Positions 25,517-33,513 of a stretch of 40,744 nucleotides of DNA are shown here, in pieces. How positions within the stretch are numbered: the stretch's first letter is position 1; each line of letters starts with the position of its first letter. The translations under genes were made by a program, and so were the position numbers. Below the pieces are notes generated by a model. It ran no database searches, had not been told where the DNA came from, and saw only the letters and a program-made list of their open reading frames with translations. Origin of the DNA: an uncultured Candidatus Saccharibacteria bacterium (GTDB lineage Bacteria > Patescibacteriota > Minisyncoccia > Minisyncoccales > CAYTKG01); NCBI GenBank assembly GCA_964387175.1, contig CAYLVJ010000003.1, positions 1 to 40,744 of the forward strand, in the 5' to 3' direction.

Positions 25517-26119
25517 ATGTCTATTTTAGAAAAAAAAGAAATTGAAAAGTTGAAAGGGATAAAAGGAGAAGTAAGAGGAATGGCCCTTAAGGGCGACGGG
25601 GAATACATTTTAAAAGAAAAAGACAAAGTTGCGGTTGAGAAAATAGAGCAGGAGTTAAAAAAGGCGGGTTTTCCTCTTGAATTTGAAAAGATGAAAGCAA
25701 TGCATTTTTATCCCTTAAGCACCGATGCTGCAACATTAACCTTAATGAATAAAATCTTCGGGTGGGAAAGAGAAGAAATGATTAAGTTAGGCACTTTTCT
25801 TTCCAAATCCTCTCTTGTTCTCAGGGTTTTTATGAAACATTTCACCTCTATCGAAAAGGTGGTGGAAAAAGCCTCTGAAATGTGGCGCAAGAATTATACC
25901 GTTGGAAACTTAGAAGTAACAGAGTTCAATAAAGAAGGCGGTAAACTCATTATCAGGCTTAAAAATTTCAAGGCTACGCCTTTTTACTGCCCAATTTTTC
26001 AAGGATACCTTGAAAGCGTTGCGCAAATGGTTTTAAACAAAGAAGCAAGCTGTAAAGAAACAAAATGCACTTTCAAAAAAGACCCTTACTGTGAATTCAG
26101 AGTAAAGTGGACTCCTTAA
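25517..26119 (+). CDS. V4R/DUF2378-like small Cys/His-motif protein, paralogue 4 of 4
   Basis: Collinear with the other copies (GIKGEVRG, FYPLS, VFMKHFTSI, TPFYC, QGYL, KETKCTFKKDPYCEF). The last ligand position is Cys instead of His. Confidence 0.55.
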   Translation: MSILEKKEIEKLKGIKGEVRGMALKGDGEYILKEKDKVAVEKIEQELKKAGFPLEFEKMKAMHFYPLSTDAATLTLMNKIFGWEREEMIKLGTFLSKSSLVLRVFMKHFTSIEKVVEKASEMWRKNYTVGNLEVTEFNKEGGKLIIRLKNFKATPFYCPIFQGYLESVAQMVLNKEASCKETKCTFKKDPYCEFRVKWTP

Positions 26120-26137
26120 GTTAAAAAACATTAAAAA

Positions 26138-26169
26138 AGCTCTTTTTTAATTGGAAAAGGGCTTTCTTT
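26138..26169 (+). terminator. Probable terminator after paralogue 4
   Basis: AGCTCTTTT (26138-26146), 8-nt loop, AAAAGGGCT (26155-26163) with one G-U pair, then TTTCTTT. Confidence 0.4.
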
Positions 26170-26179
26170 GTTCTACAAT
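26151..26179 (+). promoter_or_regulatory. Candidate promoter of the rlmN operon (TTGGAA-N17-TACAAT)
   Basis: TTGGAA at 26151-26156 and TACAAT at 26174-26179. The ATG at 26189 is 9 nt after the -10. Confidence 0.45.
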
Positions 26180-26188
26180 TAAGTCAAG

Positions 26189-27181
26189 ATGGATTGGGAA
26201 AAAATTATAGAAATATTGAAAGACAAAAAAGACTTTCGGATAGAACAGGCCAAAAGGGCTGTTTTTAAAGAGAGAATAAGAGGATGGGAGGAAGCAACTA
26301 CCTTTCCCGAAATTTTAAGAGCCCGTCTTCAAAAAGAGGCACCCTTAAAGATAAAAGGAGAGGTGGTTGAGTCTAAAGATGGAAGGGTTAAAAAAGCTCT
26401 CATCACCTTAAAAGACGGGAAGAAAGTAGAAAGCGTTCTTATGAAACACGAAAGAAACCACAACACCGTCTGCGTTTCTTCTCAGATAGGATGCCCCCTA
26501 AAGTGCGCCTTTTGTCTTACGGGGAGAATGGGTTTCAAAAGAAACTTAACCGCTTCCGAGATGGTTACTCAAGTACTTTTCTTTCAGCGTCTTTTGGATG
26601 AAAAACCGGTCAGCAACGTTGTTTTTATGGGGATGGGAGAACCTTTCTTAAATTATGAAAACGTTTTAAAAGCGGTTGAAATATTAAATGATCCAAAAGG
26701 GTTGAAGATAGGAGCCAGAAAAATATCCATATCTACAGTCGGTATTCCGCAAAAAATTAAAAGCTTTGCTGATTTCCCCATTCAGGCTAACTTAGCTGTC
26801 TCCCTGCACGCTGCCACCAACCCACTCCGCGATAAGCTTGTGCCCATTAATCGTAAACACCCCATAGAAGAGGTTTTTAGGGCAGTTGACCTTTACATTA
26901 AAAAAACCAATAGAAAGGTAATGATTGAATATTTAATGCTAAAAGACGTAAACGATAATTTAAAACAAGCTCAAAAGCTTTTTGAACTCGTTCAGGGAAA
27001 ACTTGTAATGATAAATCTCATCTCTTACAACCCAACGGGAGATTTTAAAGCCAGCCCGCGGGGGAGAATAAGCCGCTTTAAAAGTTTTCTAAAAGAAAAA
27101 GGAATAGAAGTGGTCCAAAGATACAAGTTTGGACGAGACATTAAAGCTGCCTGCGGGCAGCTGGCGAATAAAAATAATTAA
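26189..27181 (+). CDS. rlmN: Radical SAM 23S rRNA/tRNA adenine-C2 methyltransferase RlmN
   Basis: CPLKCAFCLTG radical-SAM cluster motif, MGMGEPF, ISTVG and a C-terminal CGQL motif; 330 aa. Confidence 0.85.
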   Translation: MDWEKIIEILKDKKDFRIEQAKRAVFKERIRGWEEATTFPEILRARLQKEAPLKIKGEVVESKDGRVKKALITLKDGKKVESVLMKHERNHNTVCVSSQIGCPLKCAFCLTGRMGFKRNLTASEMVTQVLFFQRLLDEKPVSNVVFMGMGEPFLNYENVLKAVEILNDPKGLKIGARKISISTVGIPQKIKSFADFPIQANLAVSLHAATNPLRDKLVPINRKHPIEEVFRAVDLYIKKTNRKVMIEYLMLKDVNDNLKQAQKLFELVQGKLVMINLISYNPTGDFKASPRGRISRFKSFLKEKGIEVVQRYKFGRDIKAACGQLANKNN

Positions 27182-27182
27182 G

Positions 27183-28247
27183 ATGAAAATACTACACACA
27201 GCGGACTTACATCTAAAAGAGGACGAGAAAGATCGGTGGGATGCACTTTCCGAAATTTTAAAGTTGGGGGAAAAAGAAAAAGTAGATGCGGTAATTTTCT
27301 CCGGGGATTTTTTTGACGCCAGGATAGAATCAGAAAAAATCCGCCCGAAACTTGGAGAAATTTTTTCTGAAAACAACTTTGATATTATTCTTTTACCCGG
27401 CAATCATGATCAAAAAGCTTTCAGAGAAGGTCTTTTTTTCGGAGGAGACGCTAAGGTGATAAACAGCTTTGATGCACCCGTAAGTTATCCGAATCTTGAT
27501 ATATGGGGAATTCCTTTCCATGAAGAAAGTCAAGAGGAAATTTTAGAAAAATTAGTTTTTTTGAAAAACAATCTCAACAGGAATAAAAAGAACATTCTTT
27601 TGTACCACGGTGAACTGCTGGATCTTTTTTATTCGCCAAAAGATTACGGAAAAGAAGGAAAAGAAAGATACATGCCCGCTCAGCTTTCTTTTTTTGAAAA
27701 AACTGGGTTTGATTACATTTTAGCGGGCCATTTTCACACTCAGTTTCAATCCGTTAAATTTGGTTCCGATTCTTACTTTGTTTATCCCGGATCCCCGGTT
27801 TCAATCACTAAAAGAGAAACCGGAAGAAGAAAAGTTAATATTTTTAAACTTGGAGAATCTCCTGAAAAAATAGACTTGAACACAAAACACTTTGAAAAAA
27901 TAGAGATAAAGTTAAATCCCGAAGGGAAAATAAGTCCAGCTCAAACTATAGAAAAAGAACTTGAAAAACTCTCTTCCTCCGCCAGAGCTCTTGTAAGGGT
28001 AAACGGTTTTTTTGATGCTCAAAAAATAGGTTCAAGTGAAAAAGAAGTCGCGGAAGAGCTTGAGAAAATAAAAGAAAAAGGAAGTGTGAGCAAACTTGAG
28101 TACCGGATCCGGGACGTAAGTTGGATTTTGGAAAAAGAAGTTTTCCTGAAATTTGAAAAGATACTTGAAGAAGTTGAAAAACCAAAAAAAGACGAGATAA
28201 GAGAAATGGTAATTAGAGCCATGAGCAAAGCTTATGAAAATAGATAA
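27183..28247 (+). CDS. SbcD/Mre11-type calcineurin-like metallophosphoesterase (YhaO-like)
   Basis: MKILHTADLHL, FSGDFFD, LPGNHD, LYHGEL and LAGHFH motifs. The ATG at 27183 is preferred to the TTG at 27129 inside rlmN. Confidence 0.8.
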   Translation: MKILHTADLHLKEDEKDRWDALSEILKLGEKEKVDAVIFSGDFFDARIESEKIRPKLGEIFSENNFDIILLPGNHDQKAFREGLFFGGDAKVINSFDAPVSYPNLDIWGIPFHEESQEEILEKLVFLKNNLNRNKKNILLYHGELLDLFYSPKDYGKEGKERYMPAQLSFFEKTGFDYILAGHFHTQFQSVKFGSDSYFVYPGSPVSITKRETGRRKVNIFKLGESPEKIDLNTKHFEKIEIKLNPEGKISPAQTIEKELEKLSSSARALVRVNGFFDAQKIGSSEKEVAEELEKIKEKGSVSKLEYRIRDVSWILEKEVFLKFEKILEEVEKPKKDEIREMVIRAMSKAYENR

Positions 28248-30519
28248 TTTTTTTATAAGAAAGTACGGGCCCCTTGAAAAAAGAGGAGAGTTTGAGCTTT
28301 CCCAATTCACCCTTTTTTATGGGGATAACGAGACGGGGAAAAGCTTAACCATTGACGCTTTGGTTAAAATGATTCTCGGGGAAAAAGCAGGTTCTTTCAA
28401 AAAAATAAACCGGGTGGATCATCGTCCCGAAGGCTACGTTTTCTTAAAAACAAAAGATAAAAGAATAAAACTCCCGGAGAAAGGGTCTCTGCTTGATTTT
28501 TTACCCGTGACTGCAGAAGAATGCGAAAACATATTCGTAATAAGAGACAGTGAGTTGGGTATCGGAGAAGAAAGCCAAGAAAAAGGTTTTTACAAAAAAG
28601 TGACCGACAAGTTAACAGGGCTTAAAACAGGAGAAATAGAAAGCGTTCAAGAGGAATTAAGAGAGTTATCTCATCTTACTCCGCATAATCAATTAAAAAA
28701 CACCAAGGAAAACAATTACCTTAAAAACAGAGTTGAAAAAACCAAACAACTAATAAAGAAAATTAGTGATTTAAAGAAAAGTTTTCGCAAGCGAAAGTTT
28801 TCAAAACAGTTGGAAGACCTTCAAAGCTTGAAAGAAAGAATAAAAAGGGAAGAAAAAAAGCTCAAAGACCTAAAAGTTAAAAAACAGTGGGAGGTTTTTG
28901 GAAAAGCCAAGGACCTACTGGAAGAAGTTAAAAGCAAAAGATCCGAGCTTGAAAATTTAAAAAGCTTTAATTCAAAAAGAAAAGACGAGTGGCTGAAGAA
29001 GGAAATAAAAAAAGAATCTCTTGAAAAAGAGATTGAAAAACAAGAAAAAAAGATAAAATTATTAGAGAAGAACCTGGATGAGCTTAAAATCAAAAAAAGA
29101 GAAGAAAAAACAAGAAAAACAAAGCTAGCAGAAAAAATGGAGAAAGCGGAAAGAGATATCACACCTCTTCTTTCTCAAAGCAAATGGGACCGTCTTTTTA
29201 CCTTTTTAAATAGAAAAAACAACGTTTTCGGTGTGTTGGGCCTGATTTTAGTTTTAGGGTCTTTCGGGTTGTTTTTTACCGGCGACATGTTTTACCCGGC
29301 GGTTGTTATGACTGTTTTCAGCTTTTTCTGGTTGGCCGCTATTCTAGCAGGAGGCCTGCGAAGGGAAATAAAAAGGGGGAAGTTGGAAAAAGAACTGGAG
29401 AAAATAGGATGGGAAGAAAAAGCCAGGGAAAACCTCAAACGAAAAATCAAAAAAATAAGGGAAAGGCTGGAAAAGACAGAAGAAAGGTGTGTGAATTTAG
29501 GACAAGACCTGGAGATAAAAAAAAGAGAAACGAAAGAAAAGAAGAGGGTTGAAAAAGAATTAAAAAGCAATTTAAAGAAAATTCAGTCAGAAATAGAAAG
29601 ATTTAAAAAAGAAGCAGGCGTTGAGGGTTTAAAAGAATATCGAGACTTTCTTCAGAAAAGAATTAAAAAAATAGAGAAGATAAAGGAAAGCACCGCCGTT
29701 TTAAAAAACATAGTTCCGGGAATAAAAACAGGTGAAGATATTTCTTCTTGGGAAAATATGATAAAAAATTTAAAACCTAAAGAAGAAAAAAGAGGCAAAG
29801 AAAGCGAAGAAAAAATGGAAAAAGTAGAAAGTCGGCTTGAAAAACTAAAAGACGAAAGAAGGGAAAAAGAACAAGGACTCAAAAAGAATAAAAAAAGAAT
29901 GGATCAGTTGAAAAGGAGTGTTAATGAAGTTTTGCCTTCCCAAAAGAAAATGGCTTACCTTGAAACCGTGAGCGACCTAAAAGAAGCTGAGGATAAATTG
30001 AAAAGTTTTGAAAGAAGGGTTGAAAAAAGAAAGCAAAACGCCGTAAGGGCTCTTGAAACATTTGAAAAACTTAAGGAAAAAGAAGAGGAAAAAATATCAC
30101 ATCTTTTTGAAGAAGAAAACAACATTTCCAAGTATTTCAAGAAGATAACAAGCGGAAGATACCAAAAGGTTTTCTTCGATCAAAAGAAAAACAAAATAAA
30201 AGTAGAAAGAGCTGACGGGGAGGTTTTGGGAGCTGAGAAACTTTCCGGGGGAACGTATGATCAACTTTATTTCGTCATTCGTTTCTCTTTGGGAGAAAAA
30301 ATTCTCGGTTCGGAAAAAGGTTTTTTCATTTTAGACGATCCTTTTGTAAAAGCAGACGACAGGCGCTTGAAAAAAGGATTTGAAATGCTTTATAATTTCA
30401 CAAACTGGGGATGGCAAATAATTTATTTCACCGCTAAAAAAGACGCCCTGGGAGCGCTTGACAAAAGAAAAAAAGAAACAAAGATTATAAAATTATCCAC
30501 TTTAAAAATTAATCAATAA
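28234..30519 (+). CDS. SbcC/Rad50-like AAA ATPase (YhaN-like) with a transmembrane hairpin at the coiled-coil midpoint
   Basis: Walker A GDNETGKS near the N-terminus. Long K/E-rich coiled-coil arms. Two hydrophobic helices at residues ~331-375 (nt 29224-29358). C-terminal LSGGTYDQL signature and FFILDDPF Walker B. It overlaps the phosphoesterase gene by 14 nt. Confidence 0.75.
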   Translation: MKIDNFFIRKYGPLEKRGEFELSQFTLFYGDNETGKSLTIDALVKMILGEKAGSFKKINRVDHRPEGYVFLKTKDKRIKLPEKGSLLDFLPVTAEECENIFVIRDSELGIGEESQEKGFYKKVTDKLTGLKTGEIESVQEELRELSHLTPHNQLKNTKENNYLKNRVEKTKQLIKKISDLKKSFRKRKFSKQLEDLQSLKERIKREEKKLKDLKVKKQWEVFGKAKDLLEEVKSKRSELENLKSFNSKRKDEWLKKEIKKESLEKEIEKQEKKIKLLEKNLDELKIKKREEKTRKTKLAEKMEKAERDITPLLSQSKWDRLFTFLNRKNNVFGVLGLILVLGSFGLFFTGDMFYPAVVMTVFSFFWLAAILAGGLRREIKRGKLEKELEKIGWEEKARENLKRKIKKIRERLEKTEERCVNLGQDLEIKKRETKEKKRVEKELKSNLKKIQSEIERFKKEAGVEGLKEYRDFLQKRIKKIEKIKESTAVLKNIVPGIKTGEDISSWENMIKNLKPKEEKRGKESEEKMEKVESRLEKLKDERREKEQGLKKNKKRMDQLKRSVNEVLPSQKKMAYLETVSDLKEAEDKLKSFERRVEKRKQNAVRALETFEKLKEKEEEKISHLFEEENNISKYFKKITSGRYQKVFFDQKKNKIKVERADGEVLGAEKLSGGTYDQLYFVIRFSLGEKILGSEKGFFILDDPFVKADDRRLKKGFEMLYNFTNWGWQIIYFTAKKDALGALDKRKKETKIIKLSTLKINQ

Positions 30520-30523
30520 AAAC

Positions 30524-30724
30524 ATGGAAAAAATATACAAAAGCAGAAAAAACAAGGTTCTAACCGGCCTCTTCGGCGGACTAGGAGAACATTTTGAAAT
30601 TGACCCTTCGTTGATTAGGGTCATTTGGTTGTTTTTAGTTTTTTTCACCGGTTTTGTCCCTGGAATACTTTTTTACATCTTCGCTTCGCTTGTTATCCCT
30701 AACAAGCCGAAACAAAGCCAATGA
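30524..30724 (+). CDS. PspC-domain membrane protein
   Basis: 66 aa. KVLTGLFGGLGEHFEIDPSLIRVIWLFLVFFTG is the PspC-domain signature, followed by a TM helix. Confidence 0.8.
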   Translation: MEKIYKSRKNKVLTGLFGGLGEHFEIDPSLIRVIWLFLVFFTGFVPGILFYIFASLVIPNKPKQSQ

Positions 30725-33513
30725 AAAATTACTTTAAAAAACTAAACAAAAGCCAAAAGGAGGCGGTTACTTACGGAGAGGGGCCTCTTCTTATCGTCGC
30801 CGGAGCGGGAACGGGGAAAACAACAGTCATCACTTCTCGGATAGCCTGGTTGATTAATCAAGGACTGGCCGAACCCGAAGAAATTCTCGCCTTAACCTTT
30901 ACCAACAAAGCAGCGGGGGAAATGGAGGAGAGGGCCGACCGCTTGATCTCCGACAGTTATCTGGATCTTTGGGTGATGACTTTTCATTCTTTTGCCCACA
31001 GGGTGCTCCAAGAAAAAGGGTTGGAAATTGGTCTACCCACCGATTTCGATCTTTTGGATCAAACCGACAGCTGGCTTCTTCTTAGAAAAAACCTTGAAAA
31101 ATTCGACCTTGATTATTACAAACCTTTAGGAAGACCGACCAAGTTTATCCACGCCATGATCTCTCACTTTTCAAAGTGCAAGGACCAAGGAGTAACACCT
31201 TCTAGCTACCTAAAGTACGCTAAAAATGTTGAAGACGAAGAAGAAAGAAAAAAAAGAATAGAAATCGCCCGAGCTTACCAAACATACCAAGAAATACTTT
31301 TAAACGAGTCCAAGCTTGATTTCGGAGATTTAATCAACTACACGATCAAGCTTTTTCAAGAAAGAAAAAATGTTAAAAAAGAATACCAGAACAAGTTTAA
31401 ATACATTTTGGTTGATGAGTTTCAAGACACTAACAGAGCTCAGTATGACCTCTTAAAGATTCTTTCACCGGCCGAAAAAAACATCACCGTTACAGCCGAC
31501 GATGATCAAAGTATTTACAAATTCCGAGGAGCTTCTTTTGGAAACATCATCCAGTTCAGAAAGGATTTTCCTAATTCCAAAATGATTTCCATTACTAAAA
31601 ATTACCGCTCAAGACAAAATATCCTCAATCTTTCATATAATTTCATCCAAAAAAACAACCCCAATCGTCTCGAAGCAAGGGAACAAATTGATAAAAAGTT
31701 AAAAGCTGAAAAAGAAGGAAAAGCAGAAATTGCCTGGCTCCACTTTAAAACCGAGGAAGAAGAACACCTAGGGGTGGCAGAAAAAATCAAAAAACTTCAA
31801 AAGGAAAATGAAGGCGCCGACTTTTCAGATTTCGCCGTTTTGGTGCGAACTAACAACGCTGCTGTTTCTTTTTGTAGAAGTTTTGAGAGGTTGGGTATTC
31901 CTCACCGTTTCCTGGCTCTACGCGGACTTTACTACAAGCCCATCATTATGGACACCATTTCTTATTTCACCCTTCTAACCGACCGCTACGACAGCCGGGC
32001 TTTTTACCGGGTTCTTAAAATGCCTCCTTTTGATCTTAAAGGAGAAACCGTTTCAAAACTTTCCCTTTTGGCTAAAAAGAAGTCCTTTTCGCTTTTCGAG
32101 GCGGCTGAAAAGGTGAAAGATGAAAAAATTAAAAACATTCTTTCTCTTATTGAAAAACACTCTGACTTTTCGGAAAAAAGGAACGTTTCAGAAGTTTTTA
32201 TCTCCTTTCTTGAAGACACGGATTACTTGGATTACTTAAACAAAAAAAGGGATATCGAAGGAATAAGGTATATAAACGAGTTTTACTCGAGGATAAAAGC
32301 TTTTGAAAACGCCAACAGGGTCGCCACCTTGAGCAACTTCCTAAAACAAATCGACCTGGAGCTAGAAGCGGGGGAAGAAGGAGAGATAAACTTTGATCCT
32401 TTCGAAAACGAAAACAAGGTGAAAATACTAACCGTCCACAAGGCTAAAGGGTTGGAATTTAAATACGTATTTTTACCCAACCTGGTTAAAAGAAGATTTC
32501 CTACTATAAGAAGAAGCGATCCAATTGAGCTTCCGGATCAACTAATAAGAGACATAATTCCTGAAGGAAACACCCACCTGGAAGAAGAAAGAAGACTGTT
32601 TTACGTGGGAATGACAAGAAGTAAAAAGGGCTTGTTTTTAACTTCAGCGCTTGACTACGGAGGAGTAAGAAAAAAAAGACCCTCCCGATTTTTAGAAGAG
32701 CTGGAAATAGAAGCGGAAGAAAAAGAGGCGTCCCGGGAAAAGATAAAAACTCACAAAGTCAAAAAACAAAAGAAAGAAAACCTTAAAATTCCCTCACATT
32801 TTTCCTTCAGTCAGTTCCAGGCTTTTAAAAATTGCCCTCTTCAATACAAGTTCGCTCATATTTTAAGAATTCCTATCAGGGGAAAAGCCTTCTTTAGCTA
32901 CGGGAAAACGATGCATAACACCTTAGAAAGGTTTGTAAAAGAAGATGTTTCAAGTTGGGATAAGCTGCTTGAGATATTTGAAGAAGAATGGATAGAAGAT
33001 TGGTTTAATGACCAAGAAGAAAAAGAAAAATACTTTAAGCAGGGAAAAGAGAGTTTGAAAATATTTTTAAAAGATTATCAAGAAAAAAAGCCGGAAGTGT
33101 TAAAAATTAATGGGGAGCCGGCTTTGGAGAAAAACTTCCGGTTGAAAATAGGGGAGGATACCGTTGTGGGAAAAATAGATCGTGTGGATAAAGTTGAAAA
33201 CGGGGTAGAGCTTATCGACTACAAAACAGGGCGGGTGAAAGATAAATTAAGAAAAAAAGATAAAAAGCAGCTTTTAATTTACCAAATAGCGGCAGAAGAA
33301 GCCCTCGATTTAAAACCTAAGAAACTAACTTATTATTACCTCAACAAGGGTAAAAAGCTTTCTTTCTTGGGAGAAAAAGAGCAGCTTGAAGAGCAGAAAG
33401 CGGAAATGAAAAAACTAATTGAAAGAATAAAAAAGAAAAATTTTGACCCTGATCCGGGGTGGCAGTGCAAATTCTGCGACTTTAAGAAAATATGTGAGTA
33501 TGCAAAACAATAA
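30721..33513 (+). CDS. UvrD/PcrA-type SF1 helicase fused to a C-terminal PD-(D/E)XK nuclease with a Cas4/AddB-type Cys cluster
   Basis: Helicase motifs AGAGTGKT, VDEFQDTN, KNYRS, TVHKAKGLEF and YVGMTRSK. The C-terminus has FKNCPLQYKF, IDRVD, LIDYKTG, LLIYQ and CKFCDFKKIC (C-x2-C-x5-C). Confidence 0.8.
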   Translation: MKNYFKKLNKSQKEAVTYGEGPLLIVAGAGTGKTTVITSRIAWLINQGLAEPEEILALTFTNKAAGEMEERADRLISDSYLDLWVMTFHSFAHRVLQEKGLEIGLPTDFDLLDQTDSWLLLRKNLEKFDLDYYKPLGRPTKFIHAMISHFSKCKDQGVTPSSYLKYAKNVEDEEERKKRIEIARAYQTYQEILLNESKLDFGDLINYTIKLFQERKNVKKEYQNKFKYILVDEFQDTNRAQYDLLKILSPAEKNITVTADDDQSIYKFRGASFGNIIQFRKDFPNSKMISITKNYRSRQNILNLSYNFIQKNNPNRLEAREQIDKKLKAEKEGKAEIAWLHFKTEEEEHLGVAEKIKKLQKENEGADFSDFAVLVRTNNAAVSFCRSFERLGIPHRFLALRGLYYKPIIMDTISYFTLLTDRYDSRAFYRVLKMPPFDLKGETVSKLSLLAKKKSFSLFEAAEKVKDEKIKNILSLIEKHSDFSEKRNVSEVFISFLEDTDYLDYLNKKRDIEGIRYINEFYSRIKAFENANRVATLSNFLKQIDLELEAGEEGEINFDPFENENKVKILTVHKAKGLEFKYVFLPNLVKRRFPTIRRSDPIELPDQLIRDIIPEGNTHLEEERRLFYVGMTRSKKGLFLTSALDYGGVRKKRPSRFLEELEIEAEEKEASREKIKTHKVKKQKKENLKIPSHFSFSQFQAFKNCPLQYKFAHILRIPIRGKAFFSYGKTMHNTLERFVKEDVSSWDKLLEIFEEEWIEDWFNDQEEKEKYFKQGKESLKIFLKDYQEKKPEVLKINGEPALEKNFRLKIGEDTVVGKIDRVDKVENGVELIDYKTGRVKDKLRKKDKKQLLIYQIAAEEALDLKPKKLTYYYLNKGKKLSFLGEKEQLEEQKAEMKKLIERIKKKNFDPDPGWQCKFCDFKKICEYAKQ

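Noticed and set aside
27129-27182. N-terminal extensions of track ORFs: 27129, 33443, 34753 and 2085 (all TTG starts), plus 19900, 21236, 5661 and the minus-strand 37071.
   Set aside because: The extensions overlap the preceding gene and add non-conserved residues ahead of canonical N-terminal motifs (MKILHTADLHL, VIGGGPAG and others). Internal ATGs give standard protein starts.
28800-30200. Apparent repetitive DNA (AAAGAA/GAAAAA-rich) that might be a repeat array or CRISPR-like element.
   Set aside because: It is low-complexity coding sequence for the K/E-rich coiled-coil arms of the SbcC-like protein. There are no regularly spaced identical repeats. The minus-strand ORFs here (28821-29162, 29292-29570, 29652-29882, 29955-30140) are Ser/Phe-rich shadows.
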